Below are positions 62,192 through 64,000 of a DNA stretch of 64,000 nt, piece by piece. Position 1 is the stretch's first letter. Every line of letters begins with the position of its first letter. Both the position numbers and the translations under genes were made by a program. Origin of the DNA: Thermodesulfobium acidiphilum (lineage in GTDB: Bacteria; Thermodesulfobiota; Thermodesulfobiia; Thermodesulfobiales; Thermodesulfobiaceae); the NCBI RefSeq assembly GCF_003057965.1, contig NZ_CP020921.1, positions 1,228,916 to 1,292,915 of the forward strand. The letters run 5' to 3'. The notes under the pieces were generated by a model, which saw only the letters and a list, made by a program, of their open reading frames with translations, searched no databases and was not told the DNA's origin.

Positions 62192-62607
62192 TATACTCCC
62201 TCCTTTACTCTGCAGGGTCCTAATTCTCTAATGTTCTTTTCAAAAGTGGTCATAGCCTCAGCAAATCTCTTCCCTTCAGAACCAGAAATCCACTCTAATT
62301 GAAATCTTTCCTTTTCTATCCCCATATCAATAAGGATCCGTTTTAATAGATCGAATCTTCTTATAGCCTTATAGTTTCCTTCTTTATAATGGCAATCTCC
62401 TGGGTGACATCCTCCAATAAAGACTCCATCAGCCCCTCTCTTAAAAGCCTCAACTACAAATTCAGGCTCTACTCTACCGCTACAAGGGACTCGAATTATC
62501 TTTATATTTGCTGGATAATCATATCGCAAGCTCCCTGCAAGATCAGCCCCCTGATAAGTACACCAGTTACACGCAAAAACTATTAAGTTAGGCGTCCATT
62601 CGCTCAT
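62191..62607 (-). CDS. mvhD: MvhD [2Fe-2S] subunit
   Basis: CNWC, RVPCSGRV, GCHPGDCHY, WISGSEG. Confidence 0.95.
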   Translation of the reverse strand: MSEWTPNLIVFACNWCTYQGADLAGSLRYDYPANIKIIRVPCSGRVEPEFVVEAFKRGADGVFIGGCHPGDCHYKEGNYKAIRRFDLLKRILIDMGIEKERFQLEWISGSEGKRFAEAMTTFEKNIRELGPCRVKEGV

Positions 62608-62629
62608 AATTTATTGAACCTCCATAATA

Positions 62630-63523
62630 CTAGTTTATCTTCTTTAGCTTTCCTAATATTCCACTCAGATCCGTTGTACTAAGTCCTACAACTTGCTGTG
62701 GATCTGCCCCCAAACAAAGAGCTAACAACTGTACATAATGAACAGAAGGAATCTCATAATTAATCTTATTTTCCCTTTTCATAGGAGCCTGAGCAGTATC
62801 GAATTGGATAAGACAAGAGCTACATCCTGTAACCAAAAGATCTGCTTTTATTTCATCTTTCATTGAATCAAGCTTTGTTTTTACCAATTTATATGAAGCC
62901 TCAACGTTCGTAGATCGCATTCCACCCATCCCACAACAATCTACAATACGACTATAATAAGGAGCAGATGCTCCAAGGGCTTCACACAACTCCCTCAACA
63001 TAACTGGATGAAATGGATCTTTTTCTCCTTCCTGATAAACTTCACTTGGCCACAGTGAATGACATCCTGGTTGAACGCCAATAGTTACACCTTCCAAAGT
63101 ATATTTCAATGAATTTTTAATTTTTTCAATACCTACTTCGTTGTACAAAAAGTTAGTCGCAAGTCTAATCCTCGTCGTTCCCTTATATTCTTTGCCAATA
63201 GCTTTAAGCATCTCGTTTACCTTTTCTCTTAGTTCTGGTTTCTTTTCCATTTTATATTTACTCTCTGACAAACTCCCATAGCAACTTCCACAAACTGTAA
63301 CCATATCAACGTTCTTTTCTTCAGATATTATAAAGTTACGCGCTCCTAATGCACACCACCCGGCTTCGTCAACAGAAGGCATCGTCCCCCAACTTGGGCA
63401 ACAAGATTGACCCTCTAAATCGTCAATTTCAATACCAAGCGCGTCAAATACGAAACGAAATGCCTTTTCCAGATCTGGTCTATTAAATGCAGTATTACAT
63501 CCTATAAAAAATCCTACTTTCAT
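62630..63523 (-). CDS. hdrB: Heterodisulfide reductase subunit B
   Basis: Two CCG domains: GC..CCP..CGSC and GCH..CCG..CSSC. Confidence 0.92.
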   Translation of the reverse strand: MKVGFFIGCNTAFNRPDLEKAFRFVFDALGIEIDDLEGQSCCPSWGTMPSVDEAGWCALGARNFIISEEKNVDMVTVCGSCYGSLSESKYKMEKKPELREKVNEMLKAIGKEYKGTTRIRLATNFLYNEVGIEKIKNSLKYTLEGVTIGVQPGCHSLWPSEVYQEGEKDPFHPVMLRELCEALGASAPYYSRIVDCCGMGGMRSTNVEASYKLVKTKLDSMKDEIKADLLVTGCSSCLIQFDTAQAPMKRENKINYEIPSVHYVQLLALCLGADPQQVVGLSTTDLSGILGKLKKIN

Positions 63524-63526
63524 CGG

Positions 63527-64000
63527 CTACACCTCACAACAAGTGACATCGGATAACCCTGAGTCCATTGGGATAATTCCCAACGAAGACAGTGCTGACT
63601 TGTTCATTAGAATTCTTAGCTCTTTTAGAGCTTGTTCATTACTTGCCGTTGTAGGAGGCTTTTCCGGCAAACCTATTTTCTTTCTAATTTCACCTGCATT
63701 AGAAAAGTATACGGCGTGGCCTACATCATATAATGATTTCAAACCTTCTACTGCAAGAGTTGGCAACGCAAACTCTCTAATTGCAGAACGCCTCATTGCC
63801 ATAACCACACCAAAAGGCTCTACCTTTCGTGGGCACACCTCAGTACATCTATTACATGCCTGACAAGCCCAGATAGAACTATCATCAAGCAAAATCTCCT
63901 TTTGACCTATTAGAATTGACTGAATAATACGCTTATTGAAAAATTCAAAACCTGCAAGAACCATCGGACACGCAGCAGCACATTTGGCACACTGGATACA
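63527..64000 (-). CDS. hdrC: Heterodisulfide reductase subunit C (5' end beyond window)
   Basis: Frame open from 64000: CIQCAKCAAACP and WACQACNRCTEVCP. Confidence 0.9.
   Translation of the reverse strand, partial: CIQCAKCAAACPMVLAGFEFFNKRIIQSILIGQKEILLDDSSIWACQACNRCTEVCPRKVEPFGVVMAMRRSAIREFALPTLAVEGLKSLYDVGHAVYFSNAGEIRKKIGLPEKPPTTASNEQALKELRILMNKSALSSLGIIPMDSGLSDVTCCEV

Noticed and set aside
3358-63863. Numerous 60-130 aa ORFs antisense to or nested in long genes
   Set aside because: They overlap well-supported CDSs and show no family motifs

Overview
AT-rich chromosomal window from an anaerobic, probably diderm (LPS heptose genes, beta-barrel-like protein), sulfur-metabolising bacterium; the gene content suggests a Thermodesulfobium-like organism, which is my inference only. 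Housekeeping content: eno (5'-truncated), a Moco/Tuco riboswitch ahead of a WtpABC-type tungstate/molybdate ABC transporter, mgtC, rubredoxin-like/Fur/tautomerase/panB, coaE, guaB3-guaA, split rfaE, degQ, rpoB-rpoC (detached from ribosomal protein genes), tatA, tRNA-Val(CAC), hrcA-dnaJ-rsmE-mtaB, ilvD, yqeK-rsfS, rpmB and pilT. Energy content: hdrC-hdrB-mvhD-mvhG-mvhA-protease and a DsrMK-like pair. Best leads: (1) a six-gene uncharacterised envelope operon (7.7-12.4 kb) with a miniature ExbB/TolQ-like plus ExbD-like motor pair, PASTA-like and stalk-domain proteins and a putative outer-membrane barrel; (2) an ErcA-like Fe-ADH coupled to a PAS-GGDEF diguanylate cyclase instead of a kinase; (3) two internally deleted IS256 derivatives with their own target duplications, one carrying a consensus outward promoter; (4) a cysteine-free DsrC-like protein coupled to pilT next to a DsrMK-like module; (5) a serpin lacking the inhibitory hinge; (6) several genes that appear to start at ATA/ATT. 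All calls were made by eye from motifs; no searches were run.
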